From a virus, in IMG/VR virus record IMGVR_UViG_3300042894_002769, positions 1-64,000 of that record: DNA of 64,000 nucleotides; one strand, given 5' to 3'. Of this stretch, positions 55,253-64,000 are shown piece after piece (the stretch's first letter is position 1; each line of letters begins with the position of its first letter). The translations under genes and the position numbers were made by a program. Below the pieces are notes generated by a model. It was not told the DNA's origin, ran no database searches, and saw only the letters and a list, made by a program, of their open reading frames with translations.

Positions 55253-55762
55253 ATGGCTGCGCTATACGAAATATCTAGTGAATATCGTGAAATGTTTGAG
55301 CATCTTAGCGATGCTTTGAGCAATGAAGAAATTGAAAATAAAGAACAATTGATTGCGGATACATTGATTGAGCTTGAAAACAAATTTGATGAAAAAGCAT
55401 TAAACGTCGCAATGTATATTGCTGAACTTGAAGCACAAGCTGATGCTGTAGCAAAGGTGGCAAAAGCGCAGGCAGAACGAGCCAAGAGCATTGCTAAAAA
55501 AGCAGATAGTTTGCGTTCATACTTATTGGTGCAAATGCACAGTATGCACAAAGAGAAACTGCAAAACACACAAATTACTTTACAGGTTGCAAAAAACCCT
55601 GTTAAAGTAGAGATTCTCAACGATTCGGTGATTTCCGATGAATTTAAGAAGCGCGTTGTCGAAGTATCTATCGATAAAACAGCAATCAAAACAGCAATCA
55701 ATGCTGGTAAAACTGTAGAAGGCGCAATACTTGTGTCAACTACTCGTTTAAACATTAAGTAA
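55253..55762 (+). CDS. Siphovirus Gp157-family protein
   Basis: LYEISSEY...KNPVKVEI...IDKTAIK.A...G..VEGA.L. Confidence 0.85.
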   Translation: MAALYEISSEYREMFEHLSDALSNEEIENKEQLIADTLIELENKFDEKALNVAMYIAELEAQADAVAKVAKAQAERAKSIAKKADSLRSYLLVQMHSMHKEKLQNTQITLQVAKNPVKVEILNDSVISDEFKKRVVEVSIDKTAIKTAINAGKTVEGAILVSTTRLNIK

Positions 55763-55775
55763 ATTGGATTACAAC

Positions 55776-56321
55776 ATGAGTATTTTTGATAAGAGCAGAA
55801 ACTGGGACGAAATCACAGAAGCTGGTGTGAGCAATCGTATCCGCAAAGGTTGGTTTAAAGTTATCATCACTGATGCAGAAGATAAAGACACCAAAGCTGG
55901 TGATAGCGTTCCTGAGTTCACTTTCAGAGTAGTTGACGGTGAAGACAAAGGTCGTGAAACACCACACAGATTTAACATTGAGAACAAAAATGAATTGACC
56001 GTGCGCATTGCTTTTGGTCAAATCAAAGCAATTATGAATTCTATCGGTATGCTTAAAGACGGTAAAATTATTGCTAACGGTTATGCTGATATTCTCAACA
56101 AGCAATTCTGGTTAAATGCCGATGTTAACAAAGAAGGCTTTATTGAACCAAAAGCATTTAAACCGCTTGACTTTAAACCACCGTATGAGGGTGCGCATCC
56201 AATGCAACCACCTCCACCTGCTGCTCGCAATAATGATGGTGCGCAAGGCGCTGCGCCTAGTTATGCAAATGCAGGAAAACCTACAAGTTACGCTGAAACT
56301 GACGATGACATTCCCTTTTAA
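55776..56321 (+). CDS. ssDNA-binding protein (DUF669-like)
   Basis: OB-like core and acidic tail DDDIPF; next to Sak4. Confidence 0.8.
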   Translation: MSIFDKSRNWDEITEAGVSNRIRKGWFKVIITDAEDKDTKAGDSVPEFTFRVVDGEDKGRETPHRFNIENKNELTVRIAFGQIKAIMNSIGMLKDGKIIANGYADILNKQFWLNADVNKEGFIEPKAFKPLDFKPPYEGAHPMQPPPPAARNNDGAQGAAPSYANAGKPTSYAETDDDIPF

Positions 56322-56332
56322 GGTAAATTATT

Positions 56333-56620
56333 ATGGCTAATGGAACAAAAGCTGAACTAGTGTCACTGGTTCACACAAAGTTAAAACAAAGTGGCGTTAC
56401 ATGCTACAAAAACCAAGTTGACGACATCATTGACGTTGTTTTGACCAGTATTCTTGAAACTGCTAAACAAAACGACAATGTGATTATCAGAAATTTTGGT
56501 ACGTTTAAAGTGAAAACAAGACCTGAGCATTTTGGTTCAAATCCAAGAACTCAAGAACGTATCACAATTGCTGAGTCAAAAGTATTTACATTTAAAGCAA
56601 GTAAATCGCTAGAAGTGTAA
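56333..56620 (+). CDS. HU/IHF-family DNA-binding protein
   Basis: IRNFGTFKV..R....GSNPRTQERITI......FKASKSL. Confidence 0.92.
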   Translation: MANGTKAELVSLVHTKLKQSGVTCYKNQVDDIIDVVLTSILETAKQNDNVIIRNFGTFKVKTRPEHFGSNPRTQERITIAESKVFTFKASKSLEV

Positions 56621-56626
56621 TGTTTG

Positions 56627-56657
56627 AATTGACGGGTATCTAACCTGCCCGTCAATT
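56627..56657 (+). terminator. Hairpin after HU gene
   Basis: AATTGACGGG...CCCGTCAATT. Confidence 0.55.
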
Positions 56658-56665
56658 TCACCAAA

Positions 56666-56893
56666 TTGGAAAAATTTATGAATTATCATAAAAGACAAAA
56701 TGAAATTAGACGTAAAGCAGATTTTCAAGCAATGTGCGTTGTTGCCATAACTTTATTGCTAATGGTCGCATCGTGGTGTACTCACATTGGTGTAGCATTT
56801 GCCAATGAGCAATGGTTATTATTAATCGCTGGTGCAATAGCGTTTCCAATCGGAATGGTTCACGGCATTGGCATTTGGTTTGGAATTTTTTAA
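56666..56893 (+). CDS. Small membrane protein
   Basis: SWCTHI...WLLLIAGAIAFPIGMVHGIGIWFG. Confidence 0.7.
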   Translation: MEKFMNYHKRQNEIRRKADFQAMCVVAITLLLMVASWCTHIGVAFANEQWLLLIAGAIAFPIGMVHGIGIWFGIF

Positions 56894-57046
56894 ATGAAAG
56901 TTGGCGATAAAGTTATTTTTTCAAAAGATGGTGTTCGACAAAAAGGTATTATTGTTGAAATTGTTGGCGAAACAGCAAAAATTGAACATTGGGTTGGGTG
57001 GGGAGTTTCATTTCGTAAATTGGAATGGTTAAAACCTTGTGATTAA
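56894..57046 (+). CDS. 50-aa KOW/SH3-like protein
   Basis: MKVGDKVIFSKDGVRQKGIIVEI...; below track cutoff; followed by terminator AATGCCGGT-TT-ACCGGCATTTTT. Confidence 0.6.
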   Translation: MKVGDKVIFSKDGVRQKGIIVEIVGETAKIEHWVGWGVSFRKLEWLKPCD

Positions 57047-57084
57047 GCACAATGCCGGTTTACCGGCATTTTTATGGTGGTTAC

Positions 57085-57300
57085 ATGAGCAACAAAACTT
57101 TAGATTATCATGGTATTGTAATATCTGATGTCGAATCAGTTAATTTGACATCAGACAGTATCACAATTGTGAAATACAATGGTGATACTAACAAATATGT
57201 AAATACAAATAAGCAAACAGTACATTTACTTTCAGATTTATATTTCTCAGAACTTAGGTCAGCTCTAATCAATGATTGGTTTAGCAAGCTATGCGAATAG
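57085..57300 (+). CDS. Hypothetical protein
   Basis: Likely start MSNKTL after the terminator. Confidence 0.5.
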   Translation: MSNKTLDYHGIVISDVESVNLTSDSITIVKYNGDTNKYVNTNKQTVHLLSDLYFSELRSALINDWFSKLCE

Positions 57301-58181
57301 CCGATAAGACATTAAATGCTATCGACAAAGTAACATTTGAAACACAAGGTGGTAAGTATCGGGAAGCACTTAGAAAATGGCTACCTCAAATGGAAGATGC
57401 TTACCGACCACAAGAAATGCTGCCACGCGGTCACTTAGGTGCGTCTTTACTTGGCAGAGAATGTTCACGTCAATTATGGTATGGCTTTAGATGGGCGGTT
57501 TATCCAAAATTCCCAAGCCATGTGATTAGATTATTCAATACAGGTCATTTATATGAAGCACGATTTTTAGCATTGCTCGAATCAATTGGTTGTACAGTAA
57601 AACAAAGTGACGAAAAAACAGGCAAGCAATTTCGCATAAATCATGGCGCATTTTTAGGTGGTAGCGGTGATGGCATTGCTCTTGGTGTACCTGATGTACC
57701 AGCTGGTAAATGGTGTTTACTTGAATTCAAAACTCACAATGACGCATCGTTTACAAAATTGATTGAAAAAGGTGTGCGATACGCAAAGCCTGAGCATTAT
57801 GTTCAAATGCAAATTTACATGCGAAAAATGAAGTTATCGCATGCGCTTTATATGGCAATGAATAAAAATGATGACAAGTTGCATGCTGAGATTATTTACT
57901 TAGACCAATACGCTGCTGATTTTTATATCAACCGAGGTATGGATATTATTCATGAGAAAATACCAAAAAAGATTTCAAATAATCCCGATTGTTTTAATTG
58001 CGCTTATTGCACATTTCTTGATGTTTGTCACTATGGTACACCACCTGAAAAGAACTGTCGTACTTGCCGATACTCGCGCCCAAGCGAGGAAGTATCATCA
58101 TGGGTATGTGAGTATTACCGCGCTAAGTTAAGTGTCGATAGGCAAATTAAGGCATGTGATAATTATATGCCCATAACGTAA
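57291..58181 (+). CDS. Cas4-like PD-(D/E)xK exonuclease
   Basis: HLGASLLGRECSR.LWY.FRW, GSGDG, LLEFKT, HYVQMQIYM, CAYC...C, NCRTC. Confidence 0.85.
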   Translation: MRIADKTLNAIDKVTFETQGGKYREALRKWLPQMEDAYRPQEMLPRGHLGASLLGRECSRQLWYGFRWAVYPKFPSHVIRLFNTGHLYEARFLALLESIGCTVKQSDEKTGKQFRINHGAFLGGSGDGIALGVPDVPAGKWCLLEFKTHNDASFTKLIEKGVRYAKPEHYVQMQIYMRKMKLSHALYMAMNKNDDKLHAEIIYLDQYAADFYINRGMDIIHEKIPKKISNNPDCFNCAYCTFLDVCHYGTPPEKNCRTCRYSRPSEEVSSWVCEYYRAKLSVDRQIKACDNYMPIT

Positions 58182-58190
58182 GGATTTAAA

Positions 58191-59045
58191 ATGCTAGATA
58201 AAAAATTAGTAGTGACTTTTTCAGGAGGTGAAACATCAGCAATGATGACATATCATCTTTTGAAAAAATATAAAACTATGGGATATTCTGAAATAGTTGT
58301 TATATTTGCAAATACAGGTCAAGAAAATGAAGAAACTTTAATTTTTGTTAATAATTGTCAAAAAATATTAAAATTTCCTGTAATTTGGTTGGAAGCCGAT
58401 GTTGTGCATGAATTTAGAAAAGGAACTAAGCACAAGATTGTGAATTTTGAAACTGCCAGTAGAAATGGCGAACCTTTTGAAGAAGTCTGTAAAAAGTACG
58501 CAATACCGTGTCATACATCAAGTCATTGTACAAGAGAATTAAAATTACACCCAATAAAATCATATTTGCGAGAAATTGGATGGAAAAAAGGAATGTACGA
58601 TACGGCTGTTGGGATACGATTAGATGAAATGCACAGAGTATCCATAAAAGCTATGGATGAAGGAGCTATTTATCCATTAGTAGATTGGAAAGATACTAAG
58701 AATACTGTAAGAGCTTTTTGGGAAAAAATGCCATTTAGGTTGAATTTACATGAACATCAGGGAAATTGTAAATGGTGTTGGAAAAAATCAATGCGCAAAT
58801 TACTTACTATTGCCACTGAAAACCCTGAGTATTTTGATTTTCCAAGAAAAATGGAACAAAATTATGCAAAACCCCATAAACAATTTTTTTTTAGAGGTTA
58901 TAAAAGTTCAGATGACATTATTGAATTATCAAAACAGCCTTTTGAAAAGTTTACAGACAATTACCGTGTAACAATTGCTAATTTTGACCCAATATTAGAT
59001 GCCGCAGGTTCATGTAGTGAATCGTGTGATATTTATAGCCAATGA
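58191..59045 (+). CDS. PAPS-reductase/adenine-nucleotide alpha-hydrolase family protein 1
   Basis: VVTFSGGETS, FANTGQE, CTRELK, GIRLDE, YPL, GNCKWCWKKS. Confidence 0.85.
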   Translation: MLDKKLVVTFSGGETSAMMTYHLLKKYKTMGYSEIVVIFANTGQENEETLIFVNNCQKILKFPVIWLEADVVHEFRKGTKHKIVNFETASRNGEPFEEVCKKYAIPCHTSSHCTRELKLHPIKSYLREIGWKKGMYDTAVGIRLDEMHRVSIKAMDEGAIYPLVDWKDTKNTVRAFWEKMPFRLNLHEHQGNCKWCWKKSMRKLLTIATENPEYFDFPRKMEQNYAKPHKQFFFRGYKSSDDIIELSKQPFEKFTDNYRVTIANFDPILDAAGSCSESCDIYSQ

Positions 59046-59062
59046 TTAAAAAGGAACAGTAG

Positions 59063-59827
59063 ATGATACATGTAATTAGTTTTTCAGGCGGTATGGGTAG
59101 CTTTGCCGAAGCAAAGTCATGTGTTGATAAATTTGGTAAAGAGAATACAAAACTATTATTTGCTGACACGCTCATGGAAGACGAAGATTTATATCGATTT
59201 AAAGATGAATGTGTTGAGTTTTTAGGTTGTGAATTAATCACATTAGTGCAGGGCATGACACCATTTGAAATATTTAAAAAAGAAAAGTTTATGGGAAATA
59301 GTATGGTTGACCCGTGTTCAAAACTTTTAAAACGAATTCCATTAAATAATTGGTTTACTAAAAACTACCAAATAGATGAAGCACACATGCACTTGGGTAT
59401 TGATTATTCGGAAAGCCATCGATTGGTAAAAGTAAAAGAAAGAATGTCGCCATATATATATCGGTCTACGTTAGTTGAAGATGGGCGAATTATTAACAAA
59501 GATTATAGCGAACAATTCGGTATCAAACGTCCAAGATTATATGATTGGAAACTAGGTCATAATAACTGCGGTGGGTTTTGTATTAAAGCAGGACTTGGAC
59601 ATTACAAAGCGCTTTATGAAGCTAATCCTGAAAGATATAGAGAGTTTGAAAGTAAAGAACAAGAAGTCTACGACGTAATAGGCGCAACGTATCCGTTTTT
59701 AAAAAAGACGGAAAATAAAGTGCTTAGAAGATTAACGCTTAAACAGTATAGGGAAGAATTTTTAATGCAAGGTAAAGTAACAGCATTAGAAAGCCAAGAA
59801 TATGGCGGATGCGGTTGCGCAATCTAA
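59063..59827 (+). CDS. PAPS-reductase/adenine-nucleotide alpha-hydrolase family protein 2
   Basis: VISFSGGMGS, FADTLMED, CSKLLK, HNNCGGFCIKAG, GGCGC. Confidence 0.8.
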   Translation: MIHVISFSGGMGSFAEAKSCVDKFGKENTKLLFADTLMEDEDLYRFKDECVEFLGCELITLVQGMTPFEIFKKEKFMGNSMVDPCSKLLKRIPLNNWFTKNYQIDEAHMHLGIDYSESHRLVKVKERMSPYIYRSTLVEDGRIINKDYSEQFGIKRPRLYDWKLGHNNCGGFCIKAGLGHYKALYEANPERYREFESKEQEVYDVIGATYPFLKKTENKVLRRLTLKQYREEFLMQGKVTALESQEYGGCGCAI

Positions 59828-59836
59828 ATTTAAAAT

Positions 59837-61543
59837 TTGTTTACGGGCAAACAAATGAAAAAACAATTACGACCATATCAAAAAACTGCCAATAACAGTA
59901 TTTTTGATTATTACAGACAAGGGCAAACTGGAAATCCATTGGTAGCATTACCAACTGGGACAGGCAAAGCCTTGTGTATTGCTGCGCTAATTTCAGCAAT
60001 TTACAATAAGCGCAATACCATAAAAATAATTATGGCGACACACAATAAAGAATTAGTGTTCCAAAATTGGGAGGAAACGGTCAGCTACGACGATTCTTTA
60101 CCATTGGGCGTATATTGCGCAGGGCTCAATCGAAAAGAAGTGTCACAGATTACTTATGGTAGTATTCAGTCTATGTCATCAAAAGTATCATTATTTGGTC
60201 ACATTGACTTGATAGTTATTGACGAAGCGCATCGCATTTCAAATAAAAAAGATACGGCTTATCAAAAATTTATTACGGCTTTACGCGAAGTAAATCCAAA
60301 CCTTAGAGTTGTTGGCTACACTGCAACGCCTTGGCGACTTGGTGAAGGCAAACTGACTGATGGTGATTTATTTTCTGACATCACATGTGATTTAACTGTT
60401 GGCGATGAGTTTCTATGGTTCATTGAAGAAGGCTATTTGGTAGACATCGTATCCAAAGCAACGCAAACAGTTCTCGATGTGAGCGACGTTCAGATACGAG
60501 GTGGTGAGTTTGTACCATCACAGTTACAAAAAGCCGTAGACAAGCAAGAAATAACCTACAACGCACTATGTGAAGCACTGCCCTACATCAATGCTTTCAA
60601 TAGTGTGATTATTTTTGCATCAGGTATCGAACATTCCGACCATATTGCTGAAATGCTCAATTCTGAATTTGATATACCGGCAATAAGCGTTCATAGCAAA
60701 ATTCACGAAACTTTACGCGACGATGCAATTGAAAAATATAAATCGGGTGACTACAAAGTCATTGTCAATAATAATATTTTGACAACTGGGTTCAATCATC
60801 CTGAACTTGATTTGATGATTGATTTATCACCAACCGCATCTTCTGCGCTACATGTTCAGAAAAATGGCAGATTGACGCGACCATTTTATGCAAAAGAATT
60901 CGACCTAGACGAGAAAGAAAGTCGCCTAGCATCAATAAAGGCTAGCCAAAAGCCGTATGCAATGCTTCTTGATTATGCCGGAAATATCATGCGTAATGGT
61001 AAAATAAACGCACCGCGTATCCCAAGAAAAAAAGGAGATGGCGGAGGTGGTGAAGCGCCTGTTAAATCATGTCCCGCATGTTTGACTTTGCACCATACGT
61101 CACGAAGAATTTGTAACACTGAGAATATTTTGACAGGTGTAATCTGTGAGCATGAATTTGAGTTTAAAACAAAACTCACAGTAGAAGCAGCAAATGAAAG
61201 TGTCATCAAACGAAATGTCGAGCCTGTCATGGACTGGTTTCATGTGACAAGCGTGAGCTATGCTCAAAAAGTATCTACAAAGGATAAGAAAACACCAATG
61301 CTGGTTGTGACATATCAGTGCGCAATGAATCGTTTTTCAGAATATGTGTTACTTGAACACGAAGGATTTGCAAAATCAAATGCTAAAAAATGGTGGCGAC
61401 AACGTCAAATTGATGGAGTACCACCGATACCAGAAACTGTCATTGAAGCATTAGAACATAGCAGTAAGTTACTAACGCCTAAAATGATTTACGTTGAAAC
61501 AAATACGAAATACCCAAAGATAAAGGAGTTTGCTTTTGAATGA
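59837..61543 (+). CDS. SF2 DEAH helicase (RadD/YejH-like) with Zn finger
   Basis: LRPYQ, PTGTGK, DEAH, TATP, LTTGFN, QKNGR..R, CPAC; real start probably 59855. Confidence 0.9.
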   Translation: MFTGKQMKKQLRPYQKTANNSIFDYYRQGQTGNPLVALPTGTGKALCIAALISAIYNKRNTIKIIMATHNKELVFQNWEETVSYDDSLPLGVYCAGLNRKEVSQITYGSIQSMSSKVSLFGHIDLIVIDEAHRISNKKDTAYQKFITALREVNPNLRVVGYTATPWRLGEGKLTDGDLFSDITCDLTVGDEFLWFIEEGYLVDIVSKATQTVLDVSDVQIRGGEFVPSQLQKAVDKQEITYNALCEALPYINAFNSVIIFASGIEHSDHIAEMLNSEFDIPAISVHSKIHETLRDDAIEKYKSGDYKVIVNNNILTTGFNHPELDLMIDLSPTASSALHVQKNGRLTRPFYAKEFDLDEKESRLASIKASQKPYAMLLDYAGNIMRNGKINAPRIPRKKGDGGGGEAPVKSCPACLTLHHTSRRICNTENILTGVICEHEFEFKTKLTVEAANESVIKRNVEPVMDWFHVTSVSYAQKVSTKDKKTPMLVVTYQCAMNRFSEYVLLEHEGFAKSNAKKWWRQRQIDGVPPIPETVIEALEHSSKLLTPKMIYVETNTKYPKIKEFAFE

Positions 61544-61643
61544 AAAAATAGAAAAATTATTTTTAACCATAGTTGGCATTTTGCTAATCGCATTGGCATT
61601 TCAAATAATTTACATAGTGAGTGGTATGGTATGGATGGTTTAA
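61536..61643 (+). CDS. 35-aa membrane peptide (TTG start)
   Basis: AAGGAG RBS; MNEKIEKLFLTIVGILLIALAFQIIYIVSGMVWMV fills the helicase-DUF5664 gap. Confidence 0.5.
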   Translation: MNEKIEKLFLTIVGILLIALAFQIIYIVSGMVWMV

Positions 61644-62005
61644 AATACGATGATGGTAAAGCGCCTTTGCATTTGGTTGATATGGACGTATTGATTGATG
61701 TGGCAAATGTATTTGGCTATGGTGCTGAAAAATATGCCGAACATAATTGGCGCAAAGGTATGAAAATAACAAGGCTTTTAAATGCAGCAATGCGCCATAT
61801 TGCCGAGTTACAAAAAGGCATCGATATTGACCCTGAAAGCAATCACTCACATGCTGCGCATACTATTGCCAATTTGGTTATGGTGTCAGCATTACTTCGT
61901 GATATGCCAGAATGTGATGACCGATACAAAAAAATAGTTAAAAAAGAACCTAAGTCAAAATCTGACTGCGACCCAACTTGGCAATTCGACAAAAAAGGTA
62001 ATTAG
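61631..62005 (+). CDS. DUF5664 dATP/dGTP diphosphohydrolase-like protein
   Basis: KYDDGK...VFGYGAEKY..HNWRKG...AAMRH...DPES..SH.AH..AN. Confidence 0.85.
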   Translation: MDGLKYDDGKAPLHLVDMDVLIDVANVFGYGAEKYAEHNWRKGMKITRLLNAAMRHIAELQKGIDIDPESNHSHAAHTIANLVMVSALLRDMPECDDRYKKIVKKEPKSKSDCDPTWQFDKKGN

Positions 62006-62006
62006 A

Positions 62007-62864
62007 ATGAGCAAATCATCAGTACAAATGGTTAAGCACAGTGTCGCAGCTGATACAAAAATTGAAATTGCGACGTTAGTTATTCGCATGCCACGTTTAA
62101 TTTTGGCTCAATTCAACACGCATCGTATGTTTAGTCGCAGTGCGCAATCGTCACGCGCTATCCCAGTAAAAAAATTATTAGCTGACGTGTATGCAAATCC
62201 TTATGTGCCTGAGTTTAGAGAAAATGAAAAAGGCATGCAATCGAGTATTCTGATTAGAGGTTTTCGTAGAGCGCTAGCTAAGTTTTTGTGGCTTTCAGCT
62301 AAAAATTTTGCAGTATCTATTGCATGGTTACTGTCAAAACTAAATGTGGCTAAGGAAATTGCAAATCGTGTATTAGAACCATTTTCGTATGTCACAGTTG
62401 TTGTAACATCGACAGAATGGGATAACTTTTTTGAATTACGGGCGCATCCCGATGCACAGGCAGATATTGACCAAGTTGCTGTGATGATTAGAAATGCGAT
62501 TAACGATTCAAAACCACAAGTTTTGGCTATTGATGAGTGGCATTTACCATTCATAAGCGACTTTGAAGTTATAGAAGCGGTATCTTTAAAAGACTTGTTA
62601 AAAATGTCAACAGCACGTTGCGCAAGAGTATCGTATTTGACGCACGATAGAGAGCGCCCAACGCGCGAAGAAGATTTCGCATTGTACGCACGATTGATTG
62701 AAAGTACACCAATGCACGCATCGCCATGTGAACATCAGGCAACACCACTTGGGGATTTTGAGCCATTTGGTATAACGCATATTGAACACAGTAATAATCA
62801 ACCTTGGTCGGGTAACTTTAGAGGTTGGATTCAACATCGACAGTTAATTCAACAATCACAGTAG
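62007..62864 (+). CDS. thyX: FAD-dependent thymidylate synthase
   Basis: AQFNTHRMFSRSAQSSRAIP, ANRVLEPF, ARCARVSY, HASPCEHQA. Confidence 0.88.
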   Translation: MSKSSVQMVKHSVAADTKIEIATLVIRMPRLILAQFNTHRMFSRSAQSSRAIPVKKLLADVYANPYVPEFRENEKGMQSSILIRGFRRALAKFLWLSAKNFAVSIAWLLSKLNVAKEIANRVLEPFSYVTVVVTSTEWDNFFELRAHPDAQADIDQVAVMIRNAINDSKPQVLAIDEWHLPFISDFEVIEAVSLKDLLKMSTARCARVSYLTHDRERPTREEDFALYARLIESTPMHASPCEHQATPLGDFEPFGITHIEHSNNQPWSGNFRGWIQHRQLIQQSQ

Positions 62865-62872
62865 GCTACGTG

Positions 62873-63028
62873 ATGGCTGATATTCCTGAAAGAAATAAAT
62901 GTCCAAAATGCGGTAATGGGATGGCAATTTACATGAGTCGCAATGAAAAAGTTTGTCATGATTGTAAAGTAGTTATCCCTTGGCATCTTGAGCCTAAACA
63001 AAAACCCCTTATTCAACATACGAGATAA
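62873..63028 (+). CDS. Small zinc-ribbon protein
   Basis: CPKC...CHDC; likely start MADIP. Confidence 0.6.
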   Translation: MADIPERNKCPKCGNGMAIYMSRNEKVCHDCKVVIPWHLEPKQKPLIQHTR

Positions 63029-63032
63029 AGAC

Positions 63033-63254
63033 ATGGGTATCATCGTACCGTTAAAACCAGTTGAAATTGAAACACCTCCAAATCAAGTCTTAGAAGAAGC
63101 AGTTGATAATTACGAAGCATTGCTTTTATTGGGGTACAACGTGCATGGTCAAATTGATATTAGAGCATCGAGTAATTTGAACCATGCTGAAATACTTTGG
63201 CTAATTGAAATATTTAAAAGAAAACTATTAGATGGTGATTACAGTGACGCATAA
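63033..63254 (+). CDS. Hypothetical protein
   Basis: Likely start MGIIVP; VLEEA...LLLGY...ILWLIE. Confidence 0.6.
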   Translation: MGIIVPLKPVEIETPPNQVLEEAVDNYEALLLLGYNVHGQIDIRASSNLNHAEILWLIEIFKRKLLDGDYSDA

Positions 63255-63858
63255 AATTGAAAGTAAAATTGTTGGGTACAAAGTTGTTGATAAATCTGTG
63301 GAAGAAGTTAAACCTGCTGTAATATCACAAGTTATGCACGAATCATTAAAAAGACCTGATTCATTGGTTGGTACAACGTACAAAATAAAAACACCGCAAT
63401 CAGAACATGCGCTGTATATCACTATTAACGATATGATTTTGGACGGTGTTTACCATCCGTATGAAATGTTTATCAATAGTAAAAATATGGAGCATTTCCA
63501 ATGGGTACTCGCTCTCACAAGGTTGGTTTCAGCTGTATGGCGCAAAGGCGGGGATAGTGTGTTCTTAGTTGAAGAATTAAAAAACGTATTCGACCCGAAA
63601 GGCGGATATTACAAACGTGGTGGTGTTTATATGCCGTCGCTAGTAGCCGAAATTGGTAGCATTGTCGAACAGCATTTAAAAGCTATAGGCATGATTAAAG
63701 TGGTTATTGACGAGCATCAAAAAGCATTTTTAGATGCCAAAAAAGAAGAATCACAAGGAATTGAGTTGCAGTTATGTTCAAAGTGTAACGTGAAGGCAAT
63801 GATTTTGATGGACGGTTGCATGACTTGTACCAATTGCGGTGATTCAAAATGCGGGTAA
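63232..63858 (+). CDS. nrdJb: Class II ribonucleotide reductase small part (NrdJb, TSCPD domain)
   Basis: RPDSLVGTTYKIKTP..EHALYITIND...FINSKNMEHFQW...DGCMTCTNCGDSKCG. Confidence 0.9.
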   Translation: MVITVTHKIESKIVGYKVVDKSVEEVKPAVISQVMHESLKRPDSLVGTTYKIKTPQSEHALYITINDMILDGVYHPYEMFINSKNMEHFQWVLALTRLVSAVWRKGGDSVFLVEELKNVFDPKGGYYKRGGVYMPSLVAEIGSIVEQHLKAIGMIKVVIDEHQKAFLDAKKEESQGIELQLCSKCNVKAMILMDGCMTCTNCGDSKCG

Positions 63859-64000
63859 ATTTACATCACGGTGATTGTATCGAATTTATGAAAACTCTAC
63901 CCAATAATTCAGTTGATATGGTGTTAACTGACCCTCCTTATGGTACGACTGCGTGTAAATGGGATAGCGTGATACCTTTTGAGCCTATGTGGGCAGAATT
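63849..64000 (+). CDS. N6-adenine/N4-cytosine DNA methyltransferase, N-terminal part (runs off window)
   Basis: MRVNLHHGDCIEFMKTLPNNSVDMVLTDPPYGTTACKWD; DPPY catalytic motif. Confidence 0.88.
   Translation, partial: MRVNLHHGDCIEFMKTLPNNSVDMVLTDPPYGTTACKWDSVIPFEPMWAE

Noticed and set aside
57291-58181. Cas4 as evidence of a CRISPR-Cas system
   Set aside because: Solo Cas4-like nucleases are routine in Sak4/SSB/helicase recombination modules of phages.
61631-62005. 2-aminoadenine (Z) genome pathway
   Set aside because: Only DUF5664 is present; no PurZ or HD-family dATPase is visible in this window, and DUF5664 is widespread.
1-64000. Stop-codon reassignment, diversity-generating retroelement or lysogeny module
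   Set aside because: Genes are intact under the standard code with all three stops used; no reverse transcriptase, TR/VR pair, integrase or CI-like repressor was recognised.

Overview
A 64-kb segment of a tailed dsDNA phage (long-tailed siphovirus type, AT-rich, standard genetic code, sigma70-type promoters). The host is probably a proteobacterium, judging by the DnaN-like and IHF features. Left arm (1-34.3 kb, minus strand), read right to left: an RNA-rich accessory island (structured ncRNAs, phoH, a Tad2/DUF2829 fusion, one intact tRNA-CAU, two tRNA-like RNAs with deleted or replaced anticodon arms, small sponge-like proteins), terminase large subunit, holin-like gene, portal, scaffold, major capsid, a ~6-kb head-fibre/decoration cassette, neck genes, an expanded major tail protein, a frameshifted tail chaperone pair, a 4147-aa tape measure protein with an SLT domain, and a truncated tail protein. 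Middle (34.3-42.1 kb): a compositionally distinct early-gene block bounded by an 11-bp direct repeat, a palindromic 16-bp repeat array, a beta-clamp-like gene, a polar GTTAGCCTT motif cluster, and an AT-rich palindrome with IHF sites between divergent promoters. Right arm (42.1-64 kb, plus strand): NrS-1-like primase-polymerase, many small genes, a displaced terminase small subunit, HNH-AP2, intein-containing UvrD helicase, Sak4/Gp157/SSB/HU, Cas4-like nuclease, two PAPS-reductase-family genes, SF2 helicase, DUF5664, ThyX, NrdJb and a truncated DNA methyltransferase. No integrase, CRISPR array or reverse transcriptase is visible. The best candidates for undescribed biology are the tRNA mimics and anti-Shine-Dalgarno sRNAs of the 28.9-33.5 kb island and the repeat/motif architecture at 34.6-43.5 kb. 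All family assignments come from motif recognition by eye, not database searches.
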